The notes under the pieces are model-generated. The model did no database searches and had not been told where the DNA came from. It saw only the letters and a program-made list of their open reading frames with translations. Source: Myxococcota bacterium (GTDB taxonomy: Bacteria; Myxococcota_A; SURF-8). From it: a stretch of 64,000 bases of DNA. Location: contig OZ223209.1 of the NCBI GenBank assembly GCA_965140415.1, positions 2,208,001 through 2,272,000 on the forward strand. Reading direction: 5' to 3'. Made by a program: the position numbers and the translations under genes. The stretch's first letter is position 1; each line of letters opens with the position of its first letter. This document shows positions 1 through 8,111 of the stretch, in pieces.

Positions 1-5
1 CGGTC

Positions 6-1040
6 TTGACGCCTAGCGATATCTACGATCGCCTCGACCGTTTCGTAATCGGTCAAAGGCAGGCCAAGCGGGTCGTGGCGCTGGCGGCGTATAACCATAT
101 GAAGCGGGTGGGGCAGACGCAGCAGTTGGGACGACCCAAGCTGAGAAAGTCCAACGTGCTGTTAATCGGACCGACCGGCGTTGGAAAGACCCATATCGCT
201 CGCAATCTGGCGAACATCTTGAATCTCCCATTTACCATCTGCGACGCAACGGAATTTACCGAAGCCGGTTACTATGGAAAAGATGTCGAAGTGATGGTTT
301 CCGAGCTGCTGTTCGCGGCGGATATGAACGTCGAAGCCTGTCAGCGCGGCATCATTTTCGTGGATGAAATCGATAAAATCGCCCGGCGTTCCGGCGGCAT
401 GCGAACCGGGGCGGGAAATCGCGATATCGGCGGGGAAGGCGTTCAGCAGGGGTTGCTCAAGTTGTTGGAAGGACGCAGGATTTTCGTTCCTTACAACCTG
501 ACGCAGCATTGGAACAAGCACGATTTCGTTGAAATCGATACAACCAATATCCTGTTTATCTGTGCAGGCACCTTTACCGATATTCGCAATTACCAGGAAT
601 CCGGCAACCTTGGATTTTCTGAATCCAAAGCGGGTCGATCGCGCATTCAAAAGCGGATCTCTCAGAAAAAGTTGCTGGAATATGGCATGCTTACGGAATT
701 ATTGGGCCGTATTCCGGTTGTGGTGCAACTGGCGGATTTGTCGGTCGAGGAACTCAAGCGCATTCTCGTGGAACCGCAGGACTCGTTTCTTAAGGAATTC
801 CAGGAGCTTCTGACCACGGATGATGTCACTTTGAACTTAACCGATGGCGCTTTGACGAGGATTGCGGAATTTGCCTATGAACGGCAGATCGGCGCACGCG
901 GTTTGCGCAGTATCCTGGAAGAACTGCTGCATGACATTCTGTTCGATGCTCCCAATTTGCGCGGCCAGACGATTCGATTGGATGCACGAGTCGTTTCAAA
1001 ACGACTCGCCGCCTTCGACAGTTCCCTGCTTGATGAGTAG
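6..1040 (+). CDS. clpX: ClpX-family AAA+ ATPase (divergent; 5' end may lie outside the window)
   Basis: Walker A GPTGVGKT, DATEFTEAGYYG pore loop, Walker B IIFVDEIDK, GEGVQQGLLK, FICAGTF, LGF loop, GARGLRSI sensor 2. Confidence 0.85.
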   Translation: MTPSDIYDRLDRFVIGQRQAKRVVALAAYNHMKRVGQTQQLGRPKLRKSNVLLIGPTGVGKTHIARNLANILNLPFTICDATEFTEAGYYGKDVEVMVSELLFAADMNVEACQRGIIFVDEIDKIARRSGGMRTGAGNRDIGGEGVQQGLLKLLEGRRIFVPYNLTQHWNKHDFVEIDTTNILFICAGTFTDIRNYQESGNLGFSESKAGRSRIQKRISQKKLLEYGMLTELLGRIPVVVQLADLSVEELKRILVEPQDSFLKEFQELLTTDDVTLNLTDGALTRIAEFAYERQIGARGLRSILEELLHDILFDAPNLRGQTIRLDARVVSKRLAAFDSSLLDE

Positions 1041-1163
1041 GTAGCCAAAGAGCCTGCTTGGAATTGCCTCCACCGGTGAATCTCCAGTAAAACAGCCTTC
1101 CTTCAGGTAAATCGGCAAAGAGGCCGGAACAAAAAAACTACATGGATTTAACGCGAATCCCTG

Positions 1164-1192
1164 TTGACCCCCTCATTCCTTTCTGCTAGGTT
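1164..1192 (+). promoter_or_regulatory. Putative sigma-70 promoter of the surface operon
   Basis: TTGACC-N17-TAGGTT with extended -10 TG, about 75 bp upstream of ATG 1269. Confidence 0.45.
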
Positions 1193-1268
1193 GACCGACG
1201 GTACGGGGAACGAATCTCTTGCTCCCTTTGTGTGCTTCTTTAATGTGTCTTCGTCACGTGTAAATTCC

Positions 1269-1883
1269 ATGGAAACGAATGCAATGCGACTTGCTCTCTT
1301 TCGTTGTTTCTTTGCCGTGTTTTCCATCCTGCTGTTGACAAGTGTATCCGATTTACACGCTCAGCAAGCTACGGATTCCGATCTCGATTCGCTTTCCGAC
1401 CTACAACGGCGTGTACTCGTTATGCTTTCCGGCTATGAAACCTTTCCCAATGCCGAACAATGGCAGGCTCTGGAGCCGGAAGCAGCGGATGAGTTGATGA
1501 CGATTGCAACGGATGTGAAACAGTGGCCGCTCCGGCGGGCTCGTGCCGTGCTGGCTCTGGCCTATTTCCCAACGAAACCCGTTCTGCAATTCTTAAGCGA
1601 CCTGTTCACGCGGGAAGATCCGATCGCTCCCATGTTGCGGCGTAAAGCGATTCAGGCGCTGGCGACGGGATTCCCGAAAGAAGCGGTGAGTGTAATTAAA
1701 CCGAATTTGCAAAGCACCGACTTTTATCTGCGTGAAGTCACGATTGATGCCTTACTTCAAATTCGCAGTCCGCAAGCCATGGGGGTGCTCAAGCAGCATA
1801 GGCAAGTGGAAAGCAATGAACTGATCCTGGAGAAAATCAACCGGGCGTTTGCTCGAGAAGTTACGATTGATCCAAAACCATAA
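1269..1883 (+). CDS. Exported HEAT-repeat-like helical protein (start probably ATG 1269 or 1284 rather than TTG 1164)
   Basis: Signal peptide ending LHA-QQ; helical repeats RRARAVLALAY, LRRKAIQALA, LREVTIDALLQI. Confidence 0.6.
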   Translation: METNAMRLALFRCFFAVFSILLLTSVSDLHAQQATDSDLDSLSDLQRRVLVMLSGYETFPNAEQWQALEPEAADELMTIATDVKQWPLRRARAVLALAYFPTKPVLQFLSDLFTREDPIAPMLRRKAIQALATGFPKEAVSVIKPNLQSTDFYLREVTIDALLQIRSPQAMGVLKQHRQVESNELILEKINRAFAREVTIDPKP

Positions 1884-1924
1884 CAACACGTTTTAACTAC
1901 CTGATTGAGTGAAGGAGACCGAAA

Positions 1925-4900
1925 ATGAATGGTCCAAAATCAAATTGGCGGATTTTTGTCGTGATAATGGCAATCATGATGCTGTTTGTCGCGATGGGAT
2001 GCGGTGCAACCGGTGATACCGATACCGATCCGGATGGCGACGACGAAAGCTCCAATGAATCCGCAGGGGACGATGATACTCCATACGTTCCTCCTGCAAG
2101 CGGTTTGACCGTCAAGGATCTTCAAAATGAAGAAAGTGTGAACCATCCGTTCCCGGGAACCACGGTCACTCTTAATAATGTAGTTGCCACCAGCTTGAAG
2201 GTGGTCATCAGCAGCAATTCCAACCTTCGCGGTTTCTTTATTGCCGATCAAGGTGGTGGGGAGTACAGCGGTATCATAGCTGTCATGAAGAGCGATATCG
2301 ATTTCGACCCGGAAGTCGGCGACCTGCTGACCATTACCGGTACCTACGTCGAATATTGCGGTGATCCGGCGAACCCGGAAGACGTCTGCTCGTCTCAGAT
2401 CGAATTGACGGCGGTTCCTGTGGTAACCGGCGCGGGTGCCGCTCCTGCCGCGCAGGTGATCGCGAATCCGGCGGATGTGGCGACTGCCGGTTCGTTGCGG
2501 GCGCGCTGGGAACATGCATTGGTAAAAGTCGAGAATGTAACCGTTACCGATTCGGATATCGGTTACGGCGAATTCATGGTCACCGGCGATTTGCAGGTCG
2601 GCGATTTGTTCCTCCAGCAGGATGATCTTTCCTTTAGCGTGGTGCAGGACCAGGAGTTGGATTCGATTTCCGGCTTCCTGTATCTGTCTTATGGCGCCAG
2701 CAAGCTCGAACCGCGCAACCTGGAAGATGTAGTCGCAAAGTCTGCTCCGACCGATTTGACGATTGCGGACATTCAGAATCCGGCTTCCGTGAATCATCCC
2801 AGCCCCGGACCGGTTGAAGTGAAGGGCATTGTGGTTGCTTCGGAACCCTTCGAAGTGTCCAGCAGCGGCTTGATGGGCATTTTCGTGTCCGATCAGGGTG
2901 GCGGCGCCTGGAGCGGTTGCATGTTGACCTGGAAGCCGACCAGCGCGGATGAAACCTACGGCTACGATCCGCCTGCGATGGCTCCCGGCATGGTGATCGA
3001 TGTGGCAGGTAACTACACGGAGTTCTGTGGTGTCTCGGATCCGCTCTACACGCATTGCTCCACCCAGATCGAGTTGACCCCGTATCAGGCGGACAAAGGC
3101 ACGGTGACCGACACCGGCAACACTGCCGATGTTCCCGCGGCTGCCGTCGTTTCTCCGGCGGATATCGCCACGGACGGTTCGCTGTCCGAACAGTATCAGC
3201 ATTCGCTGGTGCGCGTGCTCAACGTTACGGTTGTTGACAATGCTTTGGGATATGGCATGTTCTCCGTTGATGGCGGCCTGGAGGTGGACGATCAGTTCTA
3301 CCGCTACACCGTGCCGCAAATCGGAGTGCAGTACGGAAGCCTGACCGGTTTCCTGTATACGAGCTACGACTCGTTCAAGCTTTGTCCGCGTAACGCCGAT
3401 GACATGGACGAAGGCCCGGTGGATGGTGACGTGGATGGCGACGTGGTCGATGGTGACTGGGATTACGTCGATGGCGACGGTCCGCACGAGTTGCAGATTC
3501 GCGACATCCAGAATATGAACAGCCCCTATCATCCCTCGTTGGGACCGGTGGCGGTAAACAATGTCGTGGTGACTTCCGATCCGTTTGAGGTCTCCAGCAG
3601 TGGCTTGATGGGCATTTTCGTGGCCGATCAGGGCGGTGGTGCATACACCGGTTGTATGCTGACCTGGAAGCCGACTTCCGTTGATGCGACTTACGGTTAC
3701 GATCCGCCCGTGATGAGCCCGGGCATGATTATCAATGTGACCGGGGCTTATACCGAATTCTGCGGTACGGGTACCCCTTACACCTATTGTTCCACCCAGA
3801 TTGAATTGACGCCCTATCAAATGGATAAAGGCACGGTGACCGATACCGGTGAGACCACGGACGTTCCGGAAGCTCGTCTGGTAGAGCCGGGAGATGTGAA
3901 GACCGGCGGTTCCGACAGTGACAAATGGCAGCACAGCCTGGTTTACGTACAGAATGTAACCGTTCTGGATGCCTCTCTTGGCTACGGCATGTTCTCCGTC
4001 GATGATGGTCTTGAGGTGGATGATCAGTTGTATCGCTACACCTTGCCCGCCGTTGGCGTTGAATATGGTATCTTGAGGGGATTCTTGTACACGAGCTACG
4101 ACACGTTCAAACTCTGCCCGCGCAGCGTCGATGACATGCAGGTTGGATTCATCGATGGCGATATCGATGGCGACGTGGATGGTGATGTGGTTGACGGCGA
4201 TGTCGTTGATGGTGACGTGATCGACGGTGACGTGGTTGACGGCGATGTGGTTGATGGCGATGTGGCCGATGGCGATGTGGACCCGAACCTGACTACCTTG
4301 GCCGCGATTCAGAATCCGAATCATCCCAATCACCCGGCTCTGGGTCCGGTGGCGGTAAACAATATCGTGGTGACTTCCGATCCGTTTGAGGTCTCCAGCA
4401 GCGGTCTGATGGGAATTATTATCAGTGAAGGCGAGGGCGGTCCCTGGCAGAATTGTATGCTGACCTGGAAGCCGACTTCCGTTGATGCGACCTACGGTTA
4501 CGATCCGCCCGCAATGAGTCCGGGCATGGTGATCGATGTCACCGGTTCGTATGCCGAGTTCTGCGGTACGGGTACGCCTTACACCTATTGCTCTACCCAG
4601 ATCGAGTTGACCCCGTATCAGGCGGATAAAGGCACAGTGACCGATACCGGCAGCACCGCCTCCGTTCCGGCTGCCATTTCCGTATCGACCGGTGATGTCA
4701 AAACCGGTGGAACGCTTGCCGAACAGTGGCAGCATGCTTTGATCACGGTTTCCGATGTCTTCGTAACGGACAACAGCGTGGGTTACGGTCAGTTTCTCGT
4801 CACGGACAATCTGGTCAGTGATGCGCTGATGGTGGATGACCAGCTCTACTATTACACGCTGCCGGAAGTGGAAGACTATTACGATTCACTGACGGGCTTT

Positions 4901-7900
4901 TTGTATACCAGCTACAACGATTTCAAACTGATTCCCCGCAATGCCGCAGATATGGTCGAATTCACGCCCGATGGTGATGGTGTGGATGGCGATGTCGTAG
5001 ATGGCGATGTGGTAGACGGCGACGTGGTGGACGGCGACGTGGTGGACGGCGATGTGGTGGACGGCGATGTCGTAACCTATCCGGCTCCGGGAGTGGGCGA
5101 GGTCATCTTTACTGAATTCATGGCGAATCCGGCAGTGTTGGCCGACAGCAACGCCGAATGGATTGAACTCGTTAACTTGACCTCCAATACCTTTGGCCTG
5201 GGCGGGATGTATCTGTGTGACAGCTACGATCCCAACTGCGATGTTTTGCCGGATTCCCTGGTCATCGAACCGAATGGCCGCCTGCTGTTTGTCAAGAGCG
5301 ACAACTCGGCGTTCAACGGCGGTTTGCAGTCTGATTTCAACTTCGGTTTCGATCTCAATAACACGGGTGATGTATTGCGCTTGTATGTGGGCGATTCCGT
5401 GACCGGCACCCTGATCGACAGTGTCGATTTCACCGGTTGGACGGTTTCAAGCGGTGTGGCGAATCAACTCGATCCGTCTGCTTTCAATGCGACAGACAAT
5501 GACGATCAAGGCAATTGGTGCGCGGCGACGAGCCAATATGAAGGCACCGGTCCCAACCTGGGTACGCCCAACGGAGACAACCTCGATTGTGATGCGGTTG
5601 ATGGTGATGTAATCGATGGTGATGTAATCGATGGTGATGTAATCGATGGTGACATGATCGACGGTGACATGATCGACGGTGACATGATCGATGGTGACAT
5701 GGTGGATGGCGATGTGGCGGACTGTTACGGCTATGGCGACTGTAACTCGGCTTGCATCGGTGCAGGTTACGATTCCGGTATGTGCGTGGATGCCATCCAG
5801 GGTTGCGCCTGCAACTACGATAGCTGCTCCGGCTACGTCTGTGGCGACTACTACGACAACTGTTCCTGTGCGGCAGCGGATCCCTGCTCCTGGCAGGGGG
5901 ATGACTACTGCGACGATTACTGTGCTGTTGTGTACCCGGACGATCACTTCGACGACAGCGCCGATTGCTCGGTGGATGGCGATATTGACGGTGATGTCGA
6001 TGGCGACGTGGTGGACTGCTACGGCTATGGTGATTGCAACTCGGCTTGCATCGGCGCTGGTTACGATTCCGGTATGTGCGTGGACGCCATCCAGGGTTGC
6101 GCCTGCAACTACGATAGCTGCTCCGGCTACGTCTGTGGCGACTACTACGACAACTGTTCCTGTGCGGCAGCGGATCCCTGCTCCTGGCAGGGGGATGACT
6201 ACTGCGACGATTACTGTGCTGTTGTGTACCCGGACGATCATTTCGACGATACCGCCGATTGTTCGGTGGATGGCGATGTCGACGGTGATACGGTGGATGG
6301 CGACACGACGACCTATCCTCTGCCTGGTGTCGGCGATGTGATCTTTACCGAATTCCATCCCAATCCGAATACCTTGTCCGATAACAATGCGGAATTCGTG
6401 GAAGTGCTCAACCTGTCCGGCGATTGGCTTTCTCTGGGAGGTTTGAACCTGTGTGATAGCTATGACGGCAACTGTGCTCCGCTGCCTTCCGATCTGAACA
6501 TCGGTCCCAATGCACGCCTGCTCTTTGCTCGCAGTAGTGATACGGGATTGAATGGTGGTTTGACCGTCGATGCCGTTTTTGACTTCGGCATGAACAATGA
6601 TGGCGACCAGCTTCGCCTGATCGACGGCGATCCCACGACCGGCACCGTGATCGACAGTGTGGATTTCGATGCATGGTGGATTACCGCCGGAGCGGCCTGG
6701 CAGCTGGATCCGTCCGCTTACGATGCAACGATGAACGACGACGAAGCCAACTGGTGTCTGGCCACCAACGAATACGAAGCGACCGGACCTAATTATGGTA
6801 CGCCGGGCGTGGAAAACGACGATTGCCCGGTCATCGATGGTGATGTGGTTGACGGCGACATCGTTCCGACTTTGGTGACGATATACGAAATCCAGAATCC
6901 CGATGACGCCGGTCATCCCAGTGAAGGACCGGTCGCCGTAAATGGTCTGGTTATTACTTCCGATTCCTTTGTGATTTCCTCCAGCAGTGGGCTGACAGGC
7001 GTTTTCGCCAGCGAAACTGCCGGTGGTCCCTGGTCCGGCATCCTGCTGGTCTGGACACCGACTGCCAGTGACGCCAACGGCTACGATCCGCCAGCCATGG
7101 GTAAAGGCGATTCTGTCAATGTCGTTGGTGACTACGTGGAATATTGCGGTGGTTCCGGTACGTATACCTCCTGCTCGACGCAGATCGAATTGACGGCGCT
7201 GGTCAATACCGGTATGTCTTCGCCCGTTCCCGTTGCGACAACAGTGGATGCCGCCGATATCGCGACGGGTGGCTCCATGGCCGAGCAGTATCAGTTCATG
7301 CTGGTACAGGTTGAAAATGTGGAAGTTACCGATAACGGTCTGGGTTATGGGGAATTTACCGTAACCGGCGGTTTGCGCGTAGACGATTCTCTCTATAGTT
7401 ATACACTGCCTGCCAATGGCGTGAATTATGATACGTTGGCCGGTTATCTGTACACCAGCTACAACGATTTCAAACTGCTGCCGCGTGACGCCAATGATAT
7501 GGTAGAAACGCTGGTGGATGGTGATACGGTCGACGGCGACATGGTCGATGGTGATGCGGTGGATGGCGATATTGAGCCTTCCGAAGTGGTGATTAACGAA
7601 CTGTATTACGATTCGGATGAAACCTCGGATAACGCCAATGTGTTTATCGAACTGTATGGCATCGGCGATCTGTCACTTTCCGGTTATTCCATCGTGGCGA
7701 TCAACGGCTCCAACGGCGATGAATATTCCACCACGGATCTAACCGGGCAGAGCATCCCGGCGGATGGTTTCTTCGTGCTGGCGGATTCGGATAGCGGTGT
7801 GACCAATGTCGCCAATGCCGATATGGTTAGCGACAGCGTGGATTACCAGAACGGAGCCGACACCGTGCAGTTGCGTTACAACGGCACCACGGTCGATGCG

Positions 7901-8083
7901 CTCGCTTATGGCACCGGAGTCAGTTATAACGCCGGTGAAGGCACTGAAGCTCAGGATGTGGGGCCGGGCATGAGCCTTGCGCGTAATCCGGATGGCTCGG
8001 ACACGAATGACAATGCCACCGACTTCGCGGCTTGTTCCACCCCGACGCCGGGTGCCAGCAACGCCAGTTGTTTCTCTCGCTAG
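1925..8083 (+). CDS. Giant acidic modular surface lipoprotein: 5 OB-fold-like modules, 3 lamin-tail-like domains, 2 Cys-rich repeats, DGD linkers
   Basis: RBS AAGGAG, lipobox VAMGC; repeats of T-I-x-x-I-Q...G-x-Y-x-E-F...T-Q-I...L-V-x-V-x-N-V...K-L-x-P-R; LTD motifs VIFTEFMANP..EWIELVN..GTP, VIFTEFHPNP..TPG, VVINELYYD..FIELYG..PTPG. Confidence 0.8.
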   Translation: MNGPKSNWRIFVVIMAIMMLFVAMGCGATGDTDTDPDGDDESSNESAGDDDTPYVPPASGLTVKDLQNEESVNHPFPGTTVTLNNVVATSLKVVISSNSNLRGFFIADQGGGEYSGIIAVMKSDIDFDPEVGDLLTITGTYVEYCGDPANPEDVCSSQIELTAVPVVTGAGAAPAAQVIANPADVATAGSLRARWEHALVKVENVTVTDSDIGYGEFMVTGDLQVGDLFLQQDDLSFSVVQDQELDSISGFLYLSYGASKLEPRNLEDVVAKSAPTDLTIADIQNPASVNHPSPGPVEVKGIVVASEPFEVSSSGLMGIFVSDQGGGAWSGCMLTWKPTSADETYGYDPPAMAPGMVIDVAGNYTEFCGVSDPLYTHCSTQIELTPYQADKGTVTDTGNTADVPAAAVVSPADIATDGSLSEQYQHSLVRVLNVTVVDNALGYGMFSVDGGLEVDDQFYRYTVPQIGVQYGSLTGFLYTSYDSFKLCPRNADDMDEGPVDGDVDGDVVDGDWDYVDGDGPHELQIRDIQNMNSPYHPSLGPVAVNNVVVTSDPFEVSSSGLMGIFVADQGGGAYTGCMLTWKPTSVDATYGYDPPVMSPGMIINVTGAYTEFCGTGTPYTYCSTQIELTPYQMDKGTVTDTGETTDVPEARLVEPGDVKTGGSDSDKWQHSLVYVQNVTVLDASLGYGMFSVDDGLEVDDQLYRYTLPAVGVEYGILRGFLYTSYDTFKLCPRSVDDMQVGFIDGDIDGDVDGDVVDGDVVDGDVIDGDVVDGDVVDGDVADGDVDPNLTTLAAIQNPNHPNHPALGPVAVNNIVVTSDPFEVSSSGLMGIIISEGEGGPWQNCMLTWKPTSVDATYGYDPPAMSPGMVIDVTGSYAEFCGTGTPYTYCSTQIELTPYQADKGTVTDTGSTASVPAAISVSTGDVKTGGTLAEQWQHALITVSDVFVTDNSVGYGQFLVTDNLVSDALMVDDQLYYYTLPEVEDYYDSLTGFLYTSYNDFKLIPRNAADMVEFTPDGDGVDGDVVDGDVVDGDVVDGDVVDGDVVDGDVVTYPAPGVGEVIFTEFMANPAVLADSNAEWIELVNLTSNTFGLGGMYLCDSYDPNCDVLPDSLVIEPNGRLLFVKSDNSAFNGGLQSDFNFGFDLNNTGDVLRLYVGDSVTGTLIDSVDFTGWTVSSGVANQLDPSAFNATDNDDQGNWCAATSQYEGTGPNLGTPNGDNLDCDAVDGDVIDGDVIDGDVIDGDMIDGDMIDGDMIDGDMVDGDVADCYGYGDCNSACIGAGYDSGMCVDAIQGCACNYDSCSGYVCGDYYDNCSCAAADPCSWQGDDYCDDYCAVVYPDDHFDDSADCSVDGDIDGDVDGDVVDCYGYGDCNSACIGAGYDSGMCVDAIQGCACNYDSCSGYVCGDYYDNCSCAAADPCSWQGDDYCDDYCAVVYPDDHFDDTADCSVDGDVDGDTVDGDTTTYPLPGVGDVIFTEFHPNPNTLSDNNAEFVEVLNLSGDWLSLGGLNLCDSYDGNCAPLPSDLNIGPNARLLFARSSDTGLNGGLTVDAVFDFGMNNDGDQLRLIDGDPTTGTVIDSVDFDAWWITAGAAWQLDPSAYDATMNDDEANWCLATNEYEATGPNYGTPGVENDDCPVIDGDVVDGDIVPTLVTIYEIQNPDDAGHPSEGPVAVNGLVITSDSFVISSSSGLTGVFASETAGGPWSGILLVWTPTASDANGYDPPAMGKGDSVNVVGDYVEYCGGSGTYTSCSTQIELTALVNTGMSSPVPVATTVDAADIATGGSMAEQYQFMLVQVENVEVTDNGLGYGEFTVTGGLRVDDSLYSYTLPANGVNYDTLAGYLYTSYNDFKLLPRDANDMVETLVDGDTVDGDMVDGDAVDGDIEPSEVVINELYYDSDETSDNANVFIELYGIGDLSLSGYSIVAINGSNGDEYSTTDLTGQSIPADGFFVLADSDSGVTNVANADMVSDSVDYQNGADTVQLRYNGTTVDALAYGTGVSYNAGEGTEAQDVGPGMSLARNPDGSDTNDNATDFAACSTPTPGASNASCFSR
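4154..4280 (+). repeat. Coding tandem repeat (DGDxD / DGDVV linker)
   Basis: Degenerate 12-15 bp units GAYGGYGAY(GTN)n. Confidence 0.85.
4970..5072 (+). repeat. Coding 15-bp tandem repeat (DGDVV)n
   Basis: About six GAYGGCGAYGTNGTN units. Confidence 0.85.
5600..5717 (+). repeat. Coding 15-bp tandem repeat (DGDVI/DGDMI)n
   Basis: gatggtgatgtaatc x3 followed by gayggtgacatgatc x3 and two variants. Confidence 0.9.
5720..6277 (+). repeat. Near-identical tandem duplication (294-bp period) of a Cys-rich module
   Basis: 5720-5983 matches 6014-6277 with mostly synonymous C/T differences. Confidence 0.9.
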
Positions 8084-8111
8084 TCATAAATAGCCTGAAC
8101 GGTACAGATAC

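Noticed and set aside
1164-1268. TTG start extending the HEAT-like ORF
   Set aside because: The TTG coincides with a -35 box and the signal peptide begins after ATG 1269/1284
4154-5717. Short tandem repeats as a CRISPR array
   Set aside because: In-frame 12-15 bp coding units without unique spacers; no cas genes
5720-6277. Near-identical repeat pair as DGR template/variable repeats
   Set aside because: Differences are mostly synonymous C/T, not adenine-specific; no reverse transcriptase in the window
1940-6916. Long antisense ORFs (931 aa and 489 aa) opposite the giant lipoprotein
   Set aside because: Shadow ORFs from codon bias and repeats; no motifs of their own
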